In this document: positions 29,327 through 40,971 of the stretch, in pieces | How the letters are laid out: each line of letters begins with the position of its first letter | Numbering within the stretch: position 1 is the stretch's first letter | Source of the DNA: Candidatus Uhrbacteria bacterium CG_4_9_14_3_um_filter_41_35 | Lineage (GTDB): Bacteria; Patescibacteriota; Patescibacteriia; UBA9934 | Length of the DNA: 64,000 nucleotides | Direction: 5' to 3' | NCBI GenBank assembly: GCA_002791275.1 | Contig: PFWT01000007.1 | Location: 26,859 to 90,858, forward strand | Translations under genes and position numbers: made by a program | The notes under the pieces: model-generated | Told to the model about the DNA's origin: nothing | What the model saw: the letters and a program-made list of their open reading frames with translations, nothing else | The model's database searches: none

Positions 29327-31333
29327 CTATTTCAAGCGCGTAATGACAAGTGAATGAGCCGCTTCACCTTCGCCCAATTCTAACTCATTACCTTGCTCAT
29401 ATTTTTTATTTCTTTCGTCTTCTTCATAAACATCATCCAAAGAATTTATATATGTTCTCTCACCTTTTTGAAATTTGTAGGAGATGATTCCCTGTTCCTT
29501 GAACGCAATCAATGCTCGATTTAACCCTTCATTATCAAATCCATCCCCGTACCCACCAAAATACGCATTTTTATTAATTGGGCCGATGATGTACTTTCCG
29601 CCGATTTTTAGATACGGAAGGGCACATTCAATATTGCGCGAAAAACCTTCTTGACCTAAGAATTCACCTTCATGCATCCAAACACTTGTTAAGGCAAGAA
29701 TCCTGTCTTGAGGTTCTATGCTCGGAAAATCAAAAGGGAAAAACCCGTGGAGAGCGATAGACTTATTAGGTTGCCGAAAAAAGTGCGTGCGCGACCACGC
29801 GATTTCCAGGTCCCCAAGGTACTGATTGAGTGTTTTTGATGTAAGTGAAATGCCTATTCCTTCCAATCGTTCTTTCTCTTTAACAAGTTGAGGAAAAAGC
29901 GTTTCTCCATACGTGGTGAGTTGTTCAAAACGAGACACAAATTCTTCCAGAGTTTTACGTGTCCGAAGCGAAACTGGAAATCCGGGAACGGACACACCAA
30001 AATCTCTATCGTTGGAATTTAGCCGGAAGTTCCAAAGAGTATCTGTTTCAGGATTTTCCTGGTCGTAAAAAACGAGCCAATCGAAATAAATATCTTCCAT
30101 TTCTCTTACACCTTTTGTAACTCTTGCATGTGATGTAGCGTTTGGTAGCTCGGAAAGCCAGTATTTTAATCTACCTATTTTTCTATTTACTTCATTATCG
30201 TGCACACGTAAATATTCCACAGGCAAGGCTTCGGTATATTTTGACCACTGCTCAACAAATTCCCCCCAAGCCTCGTGGTTGCCCAAACTGTCAATTTGCT
30301 GCTGTTTTGTTTCAAAGAAAACAGTTATATTTTTTTCCAAATTCTGATATGCGTTATTTGTTTTAAAGTACGAGATAACCTCTTCTCTTGAGAGTGTTGG
30401 ATTATCCTTCGAAATGATTTCAATTTTTCTCTCGTTATACGTTTCCGCGTTCACACCTAGCATGTTATACAATTCTTTCGCATCATTCATTGTCCACGAT
30501 CCATCTATGAATTTTTTTGCGCGACGACGTAATTCAGATAACTGTCCGTGAGCCTTTGTATCATTAAATGCACCTGTTGCAATTGTGGTCGCAAGCTCAT
30601 CACAAGCATGAATAACATCTTGAACGAAATCCTTATAAACATTTCCGTCTTTTGGCGTAAATTGCGGCCCAAAAATGACACCTTCAAGTGCACGGATATC
30701 TTCAAAATATAGGTTTTCTAACCAATTATTCGTTCCTGTCTCTGATGATCCGGAAATATAGGCGCTCAAAACAGGAGGAAGTAATTCACTCGCGTACTCG
30801 TATTCCACAATCGTCGCGCGCTCTCGATCGATCGCCGTAAACGGATCCCCGATCACCGCAATATCCGCATTGGGAGGGAAAACATCTTCCGGAGGAAGTT
30901 TAAAAAGTTCCGGGTGCATAAAAGCCGGTCGAGACTTTACAATCTTTGTTCCTTCAGAAACTTCCTTCATCCACTGCTCTACAAAAACGTCCGGAAGTGC
31001 AACAGTTTCGATGATCATATTGGAGTACTGATCTCTATAATACCCCATTCGATCTTCACCTAATTCGAATGTAATAAAATCAGTATCCGTATGTCCATTT
31101 CGGCCATTTTGAAAGGTAATTTGAATCGCATAAAGCTCCCCATTCATACCGACAACTTCGGAACCGGGAACAGTGTGTGTATTCACACGACCACCGATCT
31201 CAAAAACCTGAGAAAGTTCCCGCAAGCGTGTTTCAATCGATCGTGCGGTGTGTAGACCTTCTCTCTTTGTGGCAAGTAATTCCTCTCTCAAGGTTTCCAA
31301 TTGTTCTTTTTTGAGCTGTTTTGCCTCTTGCAA
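29327..31333 (-). CDS. Large hypothetical soluble protein (668 aa)
   Basis: Long ORF with uniform coding bias and an N-terminal coiled coil. No motif I can assign. The start is a TTG just after an in-frame stop. Confidence 0.6.
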   Translation of the reverse strand: MQEAKQLKKEQLETLREELLATKREGLHTARSIETRLRELSQVFEIGGRVNTHTVPGSEVVGMNGELYAIQITFQNGRNGHTDTDFITFELGEDRMGYYRDQYSNMIIETVALPDVFVEQWMKEVSEGTKIVKSRPAFMHPELFKLPPEDVFPPNADIAVIGDPFTAIDRERATIVEYEYASELLPPVLSAYISGSSETGTNNWLENLYFEDIRALEGVIFGPQFTPKDGNVYKDFVQDVIHACDELATTIATGAFNDTKAHGQLSELRRRAKKFIDGSWTMNDAKELYNMLGVNAETYNERKIEIISKDNPTLSREEVISYFKTNNAYQNLEKNITVFFETKQQQIDSLGNHEAWGEFVEQWSKYTEALPVEYLRVHDNEVNRKIGRLKYWLSELPNATSHARVTKGVREMEDIYFDWLVFYDQENPETDTLWNFRLNSNDRDFGVSVPGFPVSLRTRKTLEEFVSRFEQLTTYGETLFPQLVKEKERLEGIGISLTSKTLNQYLGDLEIAWSRTHFFRQPNKSIALHGFFPFDFPSIEPQDRILALTSVWMHEGEFLGQEGFSRNIECALPYLKIGGKYIIGPINKNAYFGGYGDGFDNEGLNRALIAFKEQGIISYKFQKGERTYINSLDDVYEEDERNKKYEQGNELELGEGEAAHSLVITRLK

Positions 31334-31958
31334 TTCTTTGTCTGTTTCTTCTAAAACGGAATCAAAAATCGTTTAATATCTTGTTTTGGCATCCTTCGTC
31401 CCATTCCTTCTTGTAGCATATATAAATCAACAACGTTTATTAACTTATTCTCAAACTTTTAGTGCAACTAAATTACGTGGTTTCAAGAATCTGGCGCAAC
31501 GAGTTCATTAAATTGTTCATCAGGCTGTAGAATCCGATAGCCACTCGTGGGCGGTCGTTTAGTTGTCTCTGTACTCGTTGCATTTCTCTTGTAGATATTG
31601 TATCAAAGTCTGTTCCTTTTAGGAAATACTAACGGATCAATCCGTTCGTGTGTTCGTTTGTGCCATGTTCCCATAGGCTTCCTGGATGAGCGAAGAAAAC
31701 TTGAATACCTATATCCCACATTCTATACTCAATGCATCACCGAAAACGAAAAAGTATAAAAAGACACGGATTTGCAATATATGTCAAATTTGGGCAAATA
31801 AAACCCTATGTGTGAAAAAGCATTAACTTGTTTAAACAGGGATAAAATCGAATTTCGTGTGAAACGTTAGCAAAGCCATCGTAAGATGACCAGGATATTA
31901 AACAAATCACAACGCTATTAACCTGAAGCACATTGCCTCGCAGAAATTTTATACTAAT

Positions 31959-32354
31959 TTATGAACAAATTGGAAATAATCCGTATTGAATAGTTGTCTT
32001 TATAAATAATCCCCAGAATAAAATCAAAAGTATGATTCCAAGTCCGGTAGATACATTCCATGCGACTTTTGCCTCTTGTCGAATCTGATTTTTCCAAGAT
32101 TCATCAATTAACCTTGTTACTGATTGATTCATTAATTTGATTCTTTGCTCTATCAAATCTTCTCCATATTCCTTCGCTGAATAACGCGAACTTAAAAAAA
32201 GCATGATAATCGGAGCGCTAAGAAATATGCTTTGTCCATAAATTTCTACAAAACACAGACTTACATGTAGCTGAAATATAACTATCGGCAAAAACAAATA
32301 GATCAAATAACCTATTAATACATTTTTTGTTTCGAACTTTCTTTTCTTATTCAT
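31959..32354 (-). CDS. Small hypothetical membrane protein
   Basis: ~131 aa with three TM helices, immediately upstream of fusA. Confidence 0.4.
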   Translation of the reverse strand: MNKKRKFETKNVLIGYLIYLFLPIVIFQLHVSLCFVEIYGQSIFLSAPIIMLFLSSRYSAKEYGEDLIEQRIKLMNQSVTRLIDESWKNQIRQEAKVAWNVSTGLGIILLILFWGLFIKTTIQYGLFPICS

Positions 32355-32407
32355 ACTCAATCAAGTATATATAAAAAAATAGCCTATTGGCTATTTTTTT
32401 TCGGTAA

Positions 32408-34504
32408 TTAACCGTTTCGTTTTTCAATAATTTCTTTAGCAACATTGCTTGGCACCTCTTTGTATTCTGAGAATGACATTGAGTAGCTAGCTCGTCCCTG
32501 AGTAAGTGATCGAAGTCCTGTTGCGTATCCGAACATTTCTGCAAGTGGAACCTGCGCTTTTACTGTTTTTACAGTACCGCGCTCGCCCATTTCCTGAATC
32601 TGTGCTCGTTTTCCGTTCAAATCTCCAACAACTGTTCCCATGAAATCTTCCGGAGTTACAACCTCAACATCCATTACCGGTTCCAAAATTACTGGGTTGG
32701 CCTTTCTAGCAGCTGCTTTGAAAGCCATTGAACCTGCCATTTTGAAGGCTGATTCGTTTGAGTCAACATCGTGGTATGAACCGTCAAAAACAGTTACCCG
32801 AATATTGATAAGCGGATATCCAGCAAGAATTCCACGGTCCATTGCTTCCTGAGCTCCCTTCGAAATCGGAGTGATATATTCTTTTGGAATTGAACCTCCC
32901 TTTGTTTTGTCTAGGAACTCATAGTTGACAACTTTTCCATCCTCATCCTCTTCAGTAATTGGTTCAATCTTGAGCCAAGCGTGTCCATATTGTCCACGTC
33001 CTCCAGACTGTTTAACGTATTTTCCTTCAGCTTCAGCTTCCATTCTAATTGTTTCTCGGTAGCTAACCTGAGGTCGTCCAACGTTAACGCTTACCCCATA
33101 TTCTCGCATCATTCGATCAACGATAATTTCTAGGTGAAGCTCTCCCATTCCTGAAACAATAGTTTGCATCGTTTCCTCATCTGTTCGAACTCTGAAAGTT
33201 GGGTCTTCTTCTGCAAGCTTTGATAGAGCCATCGACATCTTTTCTTGGTCAGCCTTTGTTTTTGGCTCGAGTGCAAGAGAGATAACCGGCTCTGGGAAGT
33301 TGATTGACTCTAGGATAATTGGGTGTGCAGGATCTGAAAGTGTGTGTCCTGTAATTGTTTCTTTTAGTCCTACTGCAGCTGCGATTTCTCCAGCGTGAAT
33401 CTCTGAAACGTCTTCTCGAGAGTTAGCGTGAAGACGCACGATTCGGGAAATTCTTTCTTTCTTACCTGTTGTTGCGTTCAAAACGTAACTTCCAGCAGAC
33501 AAAGTTCCTGAATAAACTCTAAAGAAAGTAAGCTTTCCAACGAATGGATCAGCTGCAATTTTGAAAGCAAGCGCTGCAAATGGAGCCTTGTCTGTAGCTT
33601 CTCGTGTAATTACAAGGTCTTTATTTGCAGGATCAAATCCTTCAACTGGTGGTACGTCTAGTGGTGATGGCAAGAAGTCGATAACAGCGTCAAGCATCAT
33701 CTGTACTCCTTTGTTTTTTAGAGCAGATCCACAAAGAATTGGGAAAATATCCAAATTAATTGTTGCTTTTCGAAGAATTTTCTTCAGTACATCAATTTCA
33801 ATTTCTTCTCCAGACAAAAATTTCTCCATTAACGCTTCATCATTTTCAACAATAGCCTCAACAAGACTTGTTCGGTACTCTTCAGCCTTTTTCTTGTACT
33901 CATCTGGAATTTCGATTTCATCAATAACTTTTCCTTCTTCATCTCGGTACATGAAAGCTTTCATTTTTAGAAGGTCGATAATACCTTCAAACCCACCTTC
34001 AGTTCCAATTGGAAGCTGAATTGGGTAAGCCTTCTTTGTTAAACGATCTGAAATAGACTGAACGTCTTTGTAAAAATCAGCGCCAGTTCGATCCAACTTG
34101 TTAATGTAACAAATTCTTGGAACATTGTATTTATCAGCCTGGTGCCAAACAGTCTCAGACTGAGGTTCTACACCAGCAACACCGTCAAAAACTGTAACTC
34201 CACCGTCTAAAACTCGTAGGGAACGTTCAACTTCTACAGTGAAGTCAACGTGTCCCGGAGTATCGATAATGTTAATTCGATGATCTTTCCAAAAACAAGT
34301 AGTCGCAGCCGAAGTGATAGTAATACCACGTTCCTGCTCCTGCTCCATCCAGTCCATTTCAGCGTTTCCTTCATGAACTTCACCGATTTTGTGTTTTTTT
34401 CCTGTGTAGAAAAGCACGCGCTCAGTAGTTGTTGTTTTACCAGCGTCAATGTGGGCAATAATTCCAATGTTACGAACGCGGTCTAGTGGATATTCACGGG
34501 ACAT
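32408..34504 (-). CDS. fusA: Elongation factor G
   Basis: [24 protein letters not shown] motifs; 698 aa. Confidence 0.95.
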   Translation of the reverse strand: MSREYPLDRVRNIGIIAHIDAGKTTTTERVLFYTGKKHKIGEVHEGNAEMDWMEQEQERGITITSAATTCFWKDHRINIIDTPGHVDFTVEVERSLRVLDGGVTVFDGVAGVEPQSETVWHQADKYNVPRICYINKLDRTGADFYKDVQSISDRLTKKAYPIQLPIGTEGGFEGIIDLLKMKAFMYRDEEGKVIDEIEIPDEYKKKAEEYRTSLVEAIVENDEALMEKFLSGEEIEIDVLKKILRKATINLDIFPILCGSALKNKGVQMMLDAVIDFLPSPLDVPPVEGFDPANKDLVITREATDKAPFAALAFKIAADPFVGKLTFFRVYSGTLSAGSYVLNATTGKKERISRIVRLHANSREDVSEIHAGEIAAAVGLKETITGHTLSDPAHPIILESINFPEPVISLALEPKTKADQEKMSMALSKLAEEDPTFRVRTDEETMQTIVSGMGELHLEIIVDRMMREYGVSVNVGRPQVSYRETIRMEAEAEGKYVKQSGGRGQYGHAWLKIEPITEEDEDGKVVNYEFLDKTKGGSIPKEYITPISKGAQEAMDRGILAGYPLINIRVTVFDGSYHDVDSNESAFKMAGSMAFKAAARKANPVILEPVMDVEVVTPEDFMGTVVGDLNGKRAQIQEMGERGTVKTVKAQVPLAEMFGYATGLRSLTQGRASYSMSFSEYKEVPSNVAKEIIEKRNG

Positions 34505-34609
34505 ATGTGATTTTTGTAATAGGTTAAGAAAAATGAAAAAAAGTTATGGTTTTAGGTTAGTTCTGAGTGAAGCACTCTTTTAACCTTCAGCCCATAACTT
34601 TTTCCTAAT

Positions 34610-35080
34610 TTAGCGTCTTGCAAAATGAGCGAAAGCTCGGTTAGCCTCAGCCATTCGTTGAACGTCTTGTTTCTTTTTAATTGTTGCTCCTTCGTTGTTT
34701 GCAGCTGAGATAATTTCCTCTGCAAGTTTACCAGCCATTGGTTTACCTTTTTTAGCCCGTGCTGCAACCAGTAACCATCTGTAAGCAAGTGCATGACGTC
34801 TGTCTCCTCGAACTGGCACTGGAATCTGGTAGTTAGCTCCTCCAACGCGTTTTGATTTAACCTCAATTGCTGGAGTAATGTTCTTTAGTGCAGTTTCGAA
34901 AACTTGCATTGCTGGTTTTTCTGTTTCTTTTTCGATTAAAGCAAGTGCATCGTAAACAACACGTTCTGCGATTGTTTTCTTACCATCCATCATTACGTAG
35001 TTGATAAGCTTTGTAATTAAAACATTCCCGTATTTTGCATCGGGAGGCAATATTCTTTTTTTGGCTTGTTTTCCACGCAT
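34610..35080 (-). CDS. rpsG: 30S ribosomal protein S7
   Basis: 156 aa typical S7. Confidence 0.9.
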   Translation of the reverse strand: MRGKQAKKRILPPDAKYGNVLITKLINYVMMDGKKTIAERVVYDALALIEKETEKPAMQVFETALKNITPAIEVKSKRVGGANYQIPVPVRGDRRHALAYRWLLVAARAKKGKPMAGKLAEEIISAANNEGATIKKKQDVQRMAEANRAFAHFARR

Positions 35081-35196
35081 ATTTCTTATAGTTAAGTCTC
35101 CGCTAACTTCCTACCGTGGAAGGTAGTACTCGGAGTTTAATAATTCTTGAAATAGGAAAAGGTTTTGGCTTTACCGCTACCTTTAGCCCATTTCGG

Positions 35197-35616
35197 TTAT
35201 TTCTTTGGTTTCTTGACTCCGTATTTTGAACGAGATTGATTTCGTCCATCCACACCAGCAGAGTCATAACGACCACGAACGATGTGGTAACGAACTCCAG
35301 GAAGATCTTTAACACGACCGCCTCTAATCATAACGATTGAGTGCTCCTGCAAGTTGTGACCCTCGCCTGGGATATATCCGTTAACTTCAGTGCCGTTTGA
35401 AAGTCGCACACGTGCTACTTTTCGAAGCGCTGAGTTCGGTTTCTTAGGTGTCATGGTAAAAACCCTAACACATACTCCCCGTTTGAACGGTGAGCCTTTT
35501 CTTAGTGAAGTCTGCTTCCGGTGAAGCGTATCAAGGGTGTACTGCATCGCAGGAGACTTTGATTTTGTACTCTTGCTCTGACGTCCCTTTCTAATCAATT
35601 GATTTATGGTAGGCAT
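35197..35616 (-). CDS. rpsL: 30S ribosomal protein S12
   Basis: [12 protein letters not shown] start (internal Met); [10 protein letters not shown] loop. Confidence 0.9.
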   Translation of the reverse strand: MPTINQLIRKGRQSKSTKSKSPAMQYTLDTLHRKQTSLRKGSPFKRGVCVRVFTMTPKKPNSALRKVARVRLSNGTEVNGYIPGEGHNLQEHSIVMIRGGRVKDLPGVRYHIVRGRYDSAGVDGRNQSRSKYGVKKPKK

Positions 35617-35692
35617 AAGTGGCAGTAATGTATCACGAAGTAAAAAAATCGTCAACAGATCATGAGTGAACTTAGCATAATTCATTTTTTCT

Positions 35693-37942
35693 CTACTCCA
35701 AGCCAAGTTCTGTTCTTAAATTATTAGCCTCCTCCACATCTACTTCTATTAGCATTTCAAGGGCTTTATTTACAGCAAAAGACTCCCTTGCCTCATTAAA
35801 AATTGCTGTGCCCGCTCTTAAAACCTGGGTATTCGTTTGAAACGACGACATTGTTTTTACAGTATAGTCTAAAATTTCAGTATCGTGATCTCCTTTTTTG
35901 TATCTCTCAGCTAAAATTGGTAGTAAACGAGCGTCCCCGTTTACGAGCAAGCCCATTTCTTCAATTTTATGAAGCTTTTTAAAAGCTATCTCAAACTCAG
36001 ACATTGATGCGTAAGCTAAAACATACTGAAATTCGAGCGCAACTCTTTGTTCGTAAAATGTTCTGGAAAAAGCAGGTAGTCTATCCATTGCTGTTTGATA
36101 ATAAGTTAGTGCTTGTTCTGGGTTCGAGCGCGCTAACTCAATATCACCAAGCGTAACGTACGATTCTGGTCGATTCGGAGCTAGAAGTTTTGCATAATTA
36201 GAAAATTGTTCAGATTTTAATAGATAACCATGATCGTAATAACTAAGTAGTTCAAAAGCTGATCCAGCGCTATAGTTGATTCTATAATTATTTGGGTGCT
36301 CGGTGGCAGATTCTTCCAGTTCAGTTGTAACTATTTTTAATATTTGTTCAGACTCAGGCGAGTGTCGTTGCTCCTTCTTCTCTGAAGCTCGAAGTTCAAT
36401 AAAAATGTTACTCATTACATCAGCAGTTACAAACGATCTGTGTTTTACAGCTTGTTCAACAAAATTTAAGGCTCCGCCGGATTGTTTTCGGATCAGAATT
36501 ATCGCCTCACTTCCAGCAATTACAGTCTGATACGGATAAATACAGAGATACAGTTGAATAGGGATAAGTAAAATACCCGCAGAGATAAAGTGGACCAAGC
36601 GTAATTTAAGTTGAGGAAATTCAAAGTTCACAGCTGAGGTTATGTTTTTTAACTCTACGTCTTTAGTTAAAAATGCCGAGTATGCAAATAATACATACAG
36701 TGTGATACTTGAAGAAAATAGATCGAACAAGAAAAATAATTGAACAAGTGAAGCTATGAACAAAATAATTAAAAGCCGAGTTGCTAATCTATCGTGTTTT
36801 GTAGTTTGTTTTTCTGAATGATAAAATAGCGTGCTAATAATTGAAGACCACATCAGTACCCAGAACACAAAACCCACCAGCCCCAAATCGACTAATATTT
36901 CTAGCATTCCATTATGAACACGATCAAACCAAGGTTCGTTTAGATAAACACCACCGATATTTGTGGTAAAATGCTTATCGAAAACTGGAGAAAATGTGTT
37001 ATGTCCAAAACCAAAAATTGGTTTCTCCAGAAACGCCTCTCCCGCTACTTTCCAAGAAAAAAACCTATCTTGATTTTTATCACTATAATAAATCCGCTTA
37101 ATTATATAAGAAGCGTTTGGTTCAAGCTGGGATCTAATATTTGGCACTCGCATCACAATAAATGACGAGATGCTTAAAACAACAATTAAAATTAAAGCAC
37201 CGACCAAAATTTGTTTCCGAGGCTTTTTTTCTTCGAACACTAAAAATATAGTTTCTAGAATTCCTGCTGTTAGCGAGGCTAAAAAACTTGCTCGACTAAC
37301 TGTTAGGAATAGTGCAAATAGCGTTATCAGGGAACTGATACTTAAAATCAATCGATTCTGCCAGATTTTTTCTTTAATTAAAAAATATATTGAAAGAAAA
37401 AAATGTGGCAGTAAATACTGAGCAAAAAATAACGGATTATCAAAAACCGAACCGAAGCGATGATCATTATTTAATATCATTTGCGCACCTGACCAGTCAG
37501 AAATTGATTTTAACGAAAACATTACGGAAATTAAAAGCGATGTTTTCAACAAAATCAACCAATCCTTCTTTTTAAAAACCGAAACTAGACTTGAAAATAA
37601 CAACCAAAAAAATATATAACTAAGCACCCCCATCATTCTTTCCTTCGTCCCCCAAAATGATGTTAGAGGATCTATACTTATAAATAAATTTACTACAAGG
37701 ATGAGGGTAAAACCTGTAAGAGTTAGTGCTACCGGATGACCAATTTTTAGTCGGTATTCATTATTTGCAAGCGCTAGAAGCACCCAAGCTAAACTCATAA
37801 CGCTAACTACGCCGTAAAAATAGCTCGCCCTAACAACCGTTAAATCACTAACAAGTTTTACTGAAACCAACATCGGCGTGAGCAAAACTAAGAATGCACA
37901 CGCCAAAATGATATTTTTAAGCCACTTTTCTTTAAAGTCCAC
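35693..37942 (-). CDS. O-antigen ligase/polymerase (Wzy_C)-like polytopic membrane protein with C-terminal TPR domain
   Basis: ~12 TM helices in the first 430 aa with a large loop typical of the Wzy_C/O-antigen-ligase family; C-terminal ~300 aa of TPR-like helical repeats. GTG start 2 nt after the upstream stop. Confidence 0.6.
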   Translation of the reverse strand: MDFKEKWLKNIILACAFLVLLTPMLVSVKLVSDLTVVRASYFYGVVSVMSLAWVLLALANNEYRLKIGHPVALTLTGFTLILVVNLFISIDPLTSFWGTKERMMGVLSYIFFWLLFSSLVSVFKKKDWLILLKTSLLISVMFSLKSISDWSGAQMILNNDHRFGSVFDNPLFFAQYLLPHFFLSIYFLIKEKIWQNRLILSISSLITLFALFLTVSRASFLASLTAGILETIFLVFEEKKPRKQILVGALILIVVLSISSFIVMRVPNIRSQLEPNASYIIKRIYYSDKNQDRFFSWKVAGEAFLEKPIFGFGHNTFSPVFDKHFTTNIGGVYLNEPWFDRVHNGMLEILVDLGLVGFVFWVLMWSSIISTLFYHSEKQTTKHDRLATRLLIILFIASLVQLFFLFDLFSSSITLYVLFAYSAFLTKDVELKNITSAVNFEFPQLKLRLVHFISAGILLIPIQLYLCIYPYQTVIAGSEAIILIRKQSGGALNFVEQAVKHRSFVTADVMSNIFIELRASEKKEQRHSPESEQILKIVTTELEESATEHPNNYRINYSAGSAFELLSYYDHGYLLKSEQFSNYAKLLAPNRPESYVTLGDIELARSNPEQALTYYQTAMDRLPAFSRTFYEQRVALEFQYVLAYASMSEFEIAFKKLHKIEEMGLLVNGDARLLPILAERYKKGDHDTEILDYTVKTMSSFQTNTQVLRAGTAIFNEARESFAVNKALEMLIEVDVEEANNLRTELGLE

Positions 37943-37944
37943 AA

Positions 37945-40209
37945 TTAATTTTGATCGATATAAGAATCCCCTGCACTCAAGCCAAACTCAGTACTCATAA
38001 AATCTGCATACTGAGGATCTGTGGTTTTAACAATGTTTACAATTGACTGAACCGCTGTGTCGTCACCAGCTGCGTGATAGAGTACCGCTCTTGCGTGTAG
38101 TACTTTTGAGTGATCACGATAAACAGTCCAAATTCTGTCGACAATACTTATTGCAAGAGGCAAATCCATTTTTTTGTCATAATTATTGGCAATATCGGAA
38201 GCAATTCTTGGGTCACCGTAAATTGGATAACCACTCTTAGCAGCATCCATTAACACCGAGAAAGCAAGTTCATGATCGTGTTTTTCAAAAAAAGCAGACG
38301 CTGCCCGTACCCGAATCTCCCCTGAAAGAGCTGGCATTTTTCCCGCACGTTTTCCCGCATCAAGCAGATAACTCAGAGCTTCGTCTGGTTGATATTTAAC
38401 TAGGGCGATTTCAGCCAACTCCTGATACGCTTCTGTTCGATATGGACCAAACTGGATTGCAGTTTTCGCCAGTTCCTTCGCGTGATCAAGTCTGCTCGCG
38501 TCTGAAAAACTGAGCCAGCGGTTTACTTCAGCAGCAAAAATATATGAGCGGTAATCGTTCGGGTTGTTTTGTATTTGAATTTCAAATTGATCCGCAAGTA
38601 TGGTTAAATACCTCTCCATTGCTGGGGATTCATCGCCAATTTTTGCCCGGTTTGAAATTGCGTCGTGGGCAAAGAAAGTTAGTTCGTCATTTATATGCGT
38701 TTTATACTTAAGCGATTTTTCGTACAGTGAAACTGCCGTATCTAAATCACCTGATGACACAGCCAAAACACCTTTTGCGTTTAGTGAGCTCTGATAAAAA
38801 GGTAAGAATGTATACATGTACATTACATACGCCATTGGTAGAATGACTAGTAGTGACAACAGACCAGCATATTTATGGCTTAAAATTTTCATCTCACGAC
38901 CTGAAGCTTTAAAAGCTATTTTATCGTTATACAAAAATGCCAAAAAGCCAAAGAGCGACATTAGTCCAGGTAGAGTATTTGGCGTGTGAAATAAGAACAT
39001 TAAGTTCGTTATTTGACTCATAAAAAACGCAAACAAAACAATAAATATAATTTTTTTTGATTGATCCGTTTCAGTTAAACTCATTTTCAAAGATAACCAC
39101 AGTGTTGTTCCCCACAGATAAACGTAGCCAGAAAATCCGACAACACCCGTTAGAACCAGCATTTCGATAAATTGGTTGTGGACTTTGTCGTACCAAGTGT
39201 CCATTAAACTACCGTGAAAATTTGCTCGATCAATGTACAGGTTCCCTGGGATAACGAAGTTTTCAAGTCCCCAACCAAAAATTGGACGATCCATAAAACC
39301 CTGGAGCCCAATGTCCCAAACCTCAAATCTATCATTACCTAAATCAGAATAGACCATTCGTGAAATCACAAACGGCAGCTGATCCTTTACCGCGTCTTTA
39401 ACTGGTGCCGATCTAAGTAAAGCGAATGAGCCAATTATTACTGAAAAAATGGCAAGGGTTGCAAAGATAACACCAAAACGCGCTTTTCCTGTTAGGAAAG
39501 TTGCGGCGAGTAAGAGAAATCCAACAAATAGTGCCACTGCAAGTCCGAGTAATGGTCCGCGACTGGCTGAAAGAAGTAGCGCTATAATATTTACAGCAAT
39601 TGAAAATCCGTAAAATGCCTGCATTTTTCTCTCATCTTCCTTAAGCAAAAGAATTAAAGCAACGAATACCCCTACCAAAGCAAATACCCCAAGAAAAATT
39701 GGGTTACCCATTACTGAACTAATTCTTTTTTCAGCCAAACCATTCATCTGCATAAAACCAAAGAAGGACGCAACCAGAGCGGCGATATTGCTGGTAAAAA
39801 AGAAGGTCTTCCACTCTTTCCAGGTTTTGAAAACTGAAACCAGGATAAGAAAAAAGCTGAAATAGTGTAGATACTGAAATACCCCTGTCATTCTTGAACT
39901 TGAAGAAAAAAAGGAATTTGAAATATTTATACTAAATGGGAGCGTTATTAAAAGTGTGCAGAGAAATAAAATGACCGCATGAACCATTGGATTTCGTAAA
40001 TTCGGTCGATAGTCAGGAAAACGAGCTACTAAAATAATAAACGCCGCGACCATGATCTCAACAAATATCTGGATTAGCGAGGATTTTGAATAAAGGAATG
40101 GAAAATATGAATGTTGAGTAACAACAAGCGGTGACAAAATAGTTAACAACGCCGAGCCGGTTATTATTGCTAGTAATGTTTCTTTAAGCGAGAAGTCCAA
40201 CATTTTCAT
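37945..40209 (-). CDS. O-antigen ligase (Wzy_C)-like + TPR membrane protein, paralog
   Basis: Same architecture as 35693..37942, with shared segments ([11 protein letters not shown] / RGPLLGLAVA; FGWG/FGFGHN). Confidence 0.6.
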   Translation of the reverse strand: MKMLDFSLKETLLAIITGSALLTILSPLVVTQHSYFPFLYSKSSLIQIFVEIMVAAFIILVARFPDYRPNLRNPMVHAVILFLCTLLITLPFSINISNSFFSSSSRMTGVFQYLHYFSFFLILVSVFKTWKEWKTFFFTSNIAALVASFFGFMQMNGLAEKRISSVMGNPIFLGVFALVGVFVALILLLKEDERKMQAFYGFSIAVNIIALLLSASRGPLLGLAVALFVGFLLLAATFLTGKARFGVIFATLAIFSVIIGSFALLRSAPVKDAVKDQLPFVISRMVYSDLGNDRFEVWDIGLQGFMDRPIFGWGLENFVIPGNLYIDRANFHGSLMDTWYDKVHNQFIEMLVLTGVVGFSGYVYLWGTTLWLSLKMSLTETDQSKKIIFIVLFAFFMSQITNLMFLFHTPNTLPGLMSLFGFLAFLYNDKIAFKASGREMKILSHKYAGLLSLLVILPMAYVMYMYTFLPFYQSSLNAKGVLAVSSGDLDTAVSLYEKSLKYKTHINDELTFFAHDAISNRAKIGDESPAMERYLTILADQFEIQIQNNPNDYRSYIFAAEVNRWLSFSDASRLDHAKELAKTAIQFGPYRTEAYQELAEIALVKYQPDEALSYLLDAGKRAGKMPALSGEIRVRAASAFFEKHDHELAFSVLMDAAKSGYPIYGDPRIASDIANNYDKKMDLPLAISIVDRIWTVYRDHSKVLHARAVLYHAAGDDTAVQSIVNIVKTTDPQYADFMSTEFGLSAGDSYIDQN

Positions 40210-40217
40210 ATTTCAAA

Positions 40218-40871
40218 TTAAAAACAATACGCACCAACTAGTGAATTACAGATAAATAATGATGGCCCTGTTATAAAACCAAATACATTAAAATTGGAAA
40301 CAATGGAAACCAGAACCAGCATCATTAATATTTGTGAGCCGTATTGCATAATGATATTGCGGGCAGGTGCTAACGATGATCGATCCGGAATTGCCTCTAT
40401 AAGTTTTGAACCGTCAAGTGGCGGGATTGGGATTAGGTTGAAGAATAGTAGCGAAAGATTGACCATCGTTAACAGCTTCAAGAAGATAATCAGTAAATTA
40501 AAATCCGGTAAGCTGGCTACATCAATAAAAAATCTTGCGCCTAGTCCAGTAATTATTGCTAGTAGAAGATTTGAAATTGGCCCAGCGAGCGCTATGTGCA
40601 CTGCGTCAACTTTTGGATTTTTTAAGTTGTAAGGATTAAACATCACCGGTTTTGCCCAACCAAAACCTAGAAAAAGTAACATCAAAAAACCAAACGGATC
40701 GATGTGCGCTAACGGATTTAGTGTTAGTCGGCCCATATTTTCGGCAGTGTGGTCGCCTTTTTTGTAACTAATATATGCGTGAGCAAATTCATGAACTGTA
40801 AGCGCGATTAAAATAACAAGAAGCCAAATAATGGCGAGTTCAGGTGCGTGTAAAAATAAATCAAATATCAT
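40218..40871 (-). CDS. Site-2 protease family (peptidase M50) zinc metalloprotease
   Basis: HEFAHAY (HExxH) in a TM helix plus NLIPIPPLDG motif; 217 aa, about six TMs. Confidence 0.7.
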   Translation of the reverse strand: MIFDLFLHAPELAIIWLLVILIALTVHEFAHAYISYKKGDHTAENMGRLTLNPLAHIDPFGFLMLLFLGFGWAKPVMFNPYNLKNPKVDAVHIALAGPISNLLLAIITGLGARFFIDVASLPDFNLLIIFLKLLTMVNLSLLFFNLIPIPPLDGSKLIEAIPDRSSLAPARNIIMQYGSQILMMLVLVSIVSNFNVFGFITGPSLFICNSLVGAYCF

Positions 40872-40971
40872 AGGTATTACTTATGGATGTGGGCATTTTA
40901 ACTTATAAATAAAAATACCGCCAATTACTTGATGGTATTTTAAGCTAAAACTAATATTGGAACATTAATTA

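Noticed and set aside
33561-34019. 152-aa plus-strand ORF antisense to fusA
   Set aside because: Antisense to conserved EF-G. No features.
35617-35706. 90-nt N-terminal extension of rpsL to the track start at 35706 (also similar track starts for rpsH, rplN, rplF, secY, rpsJ, rplW)
   Set aside because: The extensions have no homology to the r-proteins and overlap upstream genes. Internal Met codons matching canonical N-termini (for example [12 protein letters not shown]) were used.
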